DNA of 19,375 bases, taken from the NCBI GenBank assembly GCA_038886995.1, contig JAWALG010000022.1:1-19375 (forward strand), written 5' to 3'. Shown here piece after piece: positions 16,015-19,375 of this stretch. Each line of letters begins with the position of its first letter. Positions within the stretch are counted from its first letter, which is position 1. The notes beneath the pieces were generated by a model. The model was not told the DNA's origin. It was given only the letters and a program-made list of their open reading frames with translations, and searched no databases. The position numbers were made by a program, and so were the translations under genes. The stretch is from Candidatus Iainarchaeum sp. Its GTDB lineage: Archaea; Iainarchaeota; Iainarchaeia; Iainarchaeales; DTGL01.

Positions 16015-16407
16015 ATGGCATTAAAGCCCTTCGTGGAGGTCTCAATTGTTCTTTTGCTAATATTCTCACTTTTCTTCTTCGCGGTTTTTTTACCGCAATT
16101 TATAAGTCAAAACATTACCCAGGATCCAAAAGCCAGAAGCAGGATAAAACTTGTCGCTTTTCTTAAATCTGATGAGCCAGAATCAGTAAAATTTGAGCAG
16201 ATACTGAGAAAGCTGTCTTCTGAGCCGGAGCTGTCAGAAATATTTACTTATGAGATAATACTTGCTGATGTAAATCCAGAAAAGCTAAGGCCTTATGGCA
16301 TTGAATCAAGGCAAACACCTTGCTTTATTTTAGGCAACGAGATTTTAAGCTTAAGTGCTGATGAAGCTTGGCTTAGAGCCAAAATAATTGCTCTTTCAAA
16401 AGCATAA
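16015..16407 (+). CDS. Membrane-anchored thioredoxin-fold-like protein lacking CxxC
   Basis: N-terminal TM helix, then IKLVAFLKSDEPESVKFEQILRKL...YEIILAD.NPEKLRPYGIE..TPCFILGNE; SD GAGG upstream. Confidence 0.55.
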   Translation: MALKPFVEVSIVLLLIFSLFFFAVFLPQFISQNITQDPKARSRIKLVAFLKSDEPESVKFEQILRKLSSEPELSEIFTYEIILADVNPEKLRPYGIESRQTPCFILGNEILSLSADEAWLRAKIIALSKA

Positions 16408-16458
16408 AAAAATCCTGATAATGCTTTTAAACAAGTAAAGCATATTCTATTTGAGAGG

Positions 16459-18489
16459 ATGTGCAGCAAAGCATTCATTTACAGCATTATCTTGCTTTTT
16501 ACCATGCCTGGCTTTTCCCTAGCAGCTCGAATAGATTCTATAGTAATCGAAGATGGTAACACATATACAAAGAATCTTAGATTGGCTGTTTCAATTATTG
16601 CCGAAGCTGATGAGATTTGCTTTTCCTGCAATTCAGAAAACTGGACGAATTGGCAGGCCTATTCACAAAATACAAACTTCTTGCTTACGAATTCATATGG
16701 TTGCAGTACTGTTGATGGCAACAAAACAATATATGTAAAAGCAAGGGACTCAAGCGGCGAATCTTTGGCTATGGCAAGCATAATTCTTGATAGAAAAGCG
16801 CCAATAGCACCATCAAACATTGCTGTAGCACTGTTAGATAAAAAAGTGAAAGTTTCATGGGCTGCTGCTTCAGATTCAAGTGGCATATCCCACTATGTTT
16901 TAACAATCCAGGAATACGGCTTGCAAAAAAAAGAGTTCACAGTGACTGTTCCATCTGATGAAACAAATTATGAGCACAATGCACTAGAGCGGAGAAAATA
17001 CTGCTATCTTGTAACTGCTTATGACCTAGCAGGCAATAGCTCCACAAGCACAAAGGAGCAATGCGTAGTAACCTCCACAAAAGGTCCTGAATTCACACTG
17101 AGCGTTTTTGACGCCAATATGAGCCAAAGGGATTTCAATGGCGTGAGCTACTTTTCAGCGGAAAGAATTAACATTATTGTTGAGCTTCTCGATATAAATG
17201 TCATTGTAAAAGACATTTTTGGGAGCATAACCCAAGGCAATGAAACCGAGGAATTAAGCTTTATAAAGAATGCAAACGGCTTTCTTTCTGATTATAATTT
17301 GAAGAGCATAGATGGAGAAGCAAAGATAACGGTTACTTTGATAGACAATCTTGATCTCAACAGCACACAAACATTAAGCTTATATGTCGATTCTACGCCG
17401 CCTGACATCAACATTGTTTCATTAACACAAACAGGCAAAAATGAGCTCACTGCTAAAGTTCAGCACTCAGAGGATGTTTTCAAAATAGTTGTCTCTTTTG
17501 GAAGCCAAGAGCAGATTTTTGATAAGGGTTTTAGCGATTCTTCTAAAGAGTCAACGCTCAAAATTGACCTAAATAACATAAATTCTGAGAAAATAACATT
17601 AAATTTTGTCGCCCTCGACTTTGTTATGAATAAAGCCGAAGCCAAAGCAGAAAAGATACTTCTGCTAAATGCGGAAGCCAAGGCAAACGATCTTGAAAAA
17701 CTAGCTGAGCAGATCTCAGAGAAAATTTCAAATAACAAAGATGTTGCCTTGTTTGAGCAGAAGGGCATTGCAGAGGAATTGTCGGGTCTAAAAAGCAAAA
17801 TTACTGATTTAAAAGAAAAAATGAGCTCTGGCGACTATGAAACGTCTAGGGGTGTGCTTACTGAATTGAAAAATAACCTTGAACAGCTAAGTTCAAAGAT
17901 AGCTGATGTTTCATTAGCGCAGAGCTACCTAATTGACTACCACGAAGAAAAACTTGTGTTCTACGACGAGCTCAAAGGTTACTTCAAAGAATTCCCAACA
18001 AACACTGAAAAACTTTGGAAAAATCTTGCAATAAAAAGGGCCATTAATCTGATTGAGATAAGTTCAAGCTCAGGAAAAAACTATGCAATTGTAGTTTCCC
18101 TTTCAATTAAGAACGTGAGCGCCGAAACTTTAAGCAACTTTTATATGGTTGATTTTGTCCCAGAGAAAATTGCTAGAGACCTTAATGAAGTAAAGAGTAA
18201 TTATCCATCCCAATTTGGCAAAAACCCCCAAACCATATTATTTGAGATTACTGCCTTAGAGCCAAACGAAAGCATTGAGCTCAAGTATCGCGGAAAGCTT
18301 CTTCTACCAGATGAATTTAATGGCTTGAAAATAGAAAATTCTGATTTTCATGTTCCGGTGCCTTTAGAAGACCTTCGCACAGAAATAACCTTTGTCAAGA
18401 AGTCCAAAAGTTTTGATATCTTTCCACTTTTGTTTTTAATACTAGCTTCATTTTTTGCATTCATCCTTATAAGGAGGCTAAAGAAATGA
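16459..18489 (+). CDS. Large surface-anchored protein with signal peptide, Ig/fibronectin type III-like domains, coiled coil and C-terminal TM
   Basis: Signal peptide; DGNKTIYVKARD..G and LDRKAP Ig-like motifs; FN3 pattern KVSW...DSSGISHY...YCYLVTAYDLAGNSS; VDSTPP; heptad-rich middle; C-terminal hydrophobic helix plus RRLKK; many N-x-S/T sequons. Confidence 0.8.
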   Translation: MCSKAFIYSIILLFTMPGFSLAARIDSIVIEDGNTYTKNLRLAVSIIAEADEICFSCNSENWTNWQAYSQNTNFLLTNSYGCSTVDGNKTIYVKARDSSGESLAMASIILDRKAPIAPSNIAVALLDKKVKVSWAAASDSSGISHYVLTIQEYGLQKKEFTVTVPSDETNYEHNALERRKYCYLVTAYDLAGNSSTSTKEQCVVTSTKGPEFTLSVFDANMSQRDFNGVSYFSAERINIIVELLDINVIVKDIFGSITQGNETEELSFIKNANGFLSDYNLKSIDGEAKITVTLIDNLDLNSTQTLSLYVDSTPPDINIVSLTQTGKNELTAKVQHSEDVFKIVVSFGSQEQIFDKGFSDSSKESTLKIDLNNINSEKITLNFVALDFVMNKAEAKAEKILLLNAEAKANDLEKLAEQISEKISNNKDVALFEQKGIAEELSGLKSKITDLKEKMSSGDYETSRGVLTELKNNLEQLSSKIADVSLAQSYLIDYHEEKLVFYDELKGYFKEFPTNTEKLWKNLAIKRAINLIEISSSSGKNYAIVVSLSIKNVSAETLSNFYMVDFVPEKIARDLNEVKSNYPSQFGKNPQTILFEITALEPNESIELKYRGKLLLPDEFNGLKIENSDFHVPVPLEDLRTEITFVKKSKSFDIFPLLFLILASFFAFILIRRLKK

Positions 18490-18878
18490 TGAAAACATTT
18501 GAAGTTATGATTGCTGGTGTAATCATAATAGGCATGCTTGCAATGCTTTCTTTGCCAACTATTAGCCCGCAGGCAAAGTACGCCGAAGTTAGGGCAAATT
18601 GCGAGTCAGCACTTCTCTCCATGGCAGAAGATAACTCGCTAAGGGCCTTAATTATAAGTACCTCTGATGAAAACTCTTTGGCAAGCGTAAAGGAATATAT
18701 GTCACAATATATACACTATCCTTTTGAAGTTCAAATATGCGATGAGAACAACCAATGCATAGGTCAAAAGCCAGATTCTGAGAACTATGTGCTAGTTTCC
18801 TACCTTTTCGACGGTAACATAACCCAACACAAATTAGCGGTGGTGAAGATATATGCCAAACCATACAGCTCAGAATAA
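18486..18878 (+). CDS. Small membrane-anchored, minor-pilin-like hypothetical protein
   Basis: MKTFEVMIAGVIIIGMLAML: a Glu followed by a hydrophobic helix. ATGA overlap with the upstream gene. Confidence 0.65.
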   Translation: MMKTFEVMIAGVIIIGMLAMLSLPTISPQAKYAEVRANCESALLSMAEDNSLRALIISTSDENSLASVKEYMSQYIHYPFEVQICDENNQCIGQKPDSENYVLVSYLFDGNITQHKLAVVKIYAKPYSSE

Positions 18879-19375
18879 TTGTTTCTTAACCACAAGCGAT
18901 GAAAAGGCGCAAGCATATCTCCTCGTAACATTTATACTTGCAGCATTTATACTGGCAGCAATAGTTTCAATACGCACCGCATCAACATTTAAAACCACGG
19001 GCGCATTTGAGATTGAAAACATAAAGAAGGAGCTTGCAATAGCAAGAGCTTCTGGTATATACTCAAACGACCTTAACTCAGTTATAAGTCATACTGCACT
19101 GCAATTCAGAAATTATCTCGCAAGCAAAGGCCTTACCATGAAGCTTGCTTTTGTAGCATATGACGACAACAGCCAATATGTTTTTGGGAATTATACAGGT
19201 CAGGATTGCAATTACTACAGCAGTGTTATCACAGGAGTAGTGCCTGATGGCACAACAGTAGTTATTGGCAAAGAAACACTTTTAAATGACTATTCATTTA
19301 ATTTTTGTGGCGCAGCCTTTAACCTCAGAAATAAGTTCAAGTATAGGTTAGAGCTTCTGCGCAATGAGGAGGTTA
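18853..19375 (+). CDS. Class III signal peptide (pilin-like) protein, 3'-truncated by the window; not in the ORF track
   Basis: Manual translation from ATG 18853 (GGTGA SD at 18842-18846): MPNHTAQNNCFLTTSDEKA/QAYLLVTFILAAFILAAIVSIR...; open to the window end. Confidence 0.75.
   Translation, partial: MPNHTAQNNCFLTTSDEKAQAYLLVTFILAAFILAAIVSIRTASTFKTTGAFEIENIKKELAIARASGIYSNDLNSVISHTALQFRNYLASKGLTMKLAFVAYDDNSQYVFGNYTGQDCNYYSSVITGVVPDGTTVVIGKETLLNDYSFNFCGAAFNLRNKFKYRLELLRNEEV

Noticed and set aside
18899-18928. ATG at 18899 as start of the last gene, implying a frameshift
   Set aside because: That frame stops after 9 codons; the long frame starts at ATG 18853 with its own GGTGA SD, so no frameshift is needed.
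1-19375. CRISPR arrays, IS elements, long tandem repeats
   Set aside because: None seen on reading; intergenic gaps are all under about 150 bp apart from the RNA genes.

Overview
Gene-dense archaeal chromosomal segment. Archaeal markers include RadA, RPA, archaeal-type TPI, GGGP synthase, eL42/L44e, eS8, Cgi121, a tRNA-Gly with an A discriminator, GGTGA Shine-Dalgarno motifs and TATA boxes; a DPANN-like lineage is only inferred. The most striking feature is missing from the ORF track because it runs off the left edge. Positions 1777 to <1 (minus strand) encode a long, multidomain bacterial-type RelA/SpoT homolog with an intact (p)ppGpp synthetase, a degenerate hydrolase, TGS, a much-shortened helical region, a Zn-finger and an ACT domain. 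It sits next to an SRP RNA that appears to lack helix 6, and a 4xCBS-HPF/RaiA fusion (Hib-type ribosome hibernation factor). Together these form a candidate archaeal stringent-response/ribosome-dormancy locus. The middle holds housekeeping genes plus a probably inactive GH15-like protein with a long acidic N-terminus. The right end is a type IV pilin/surface-protein cluster that includes a CxxC-less thioredoxin-like membrane protein. No CRISPR array or mobile element was seen.
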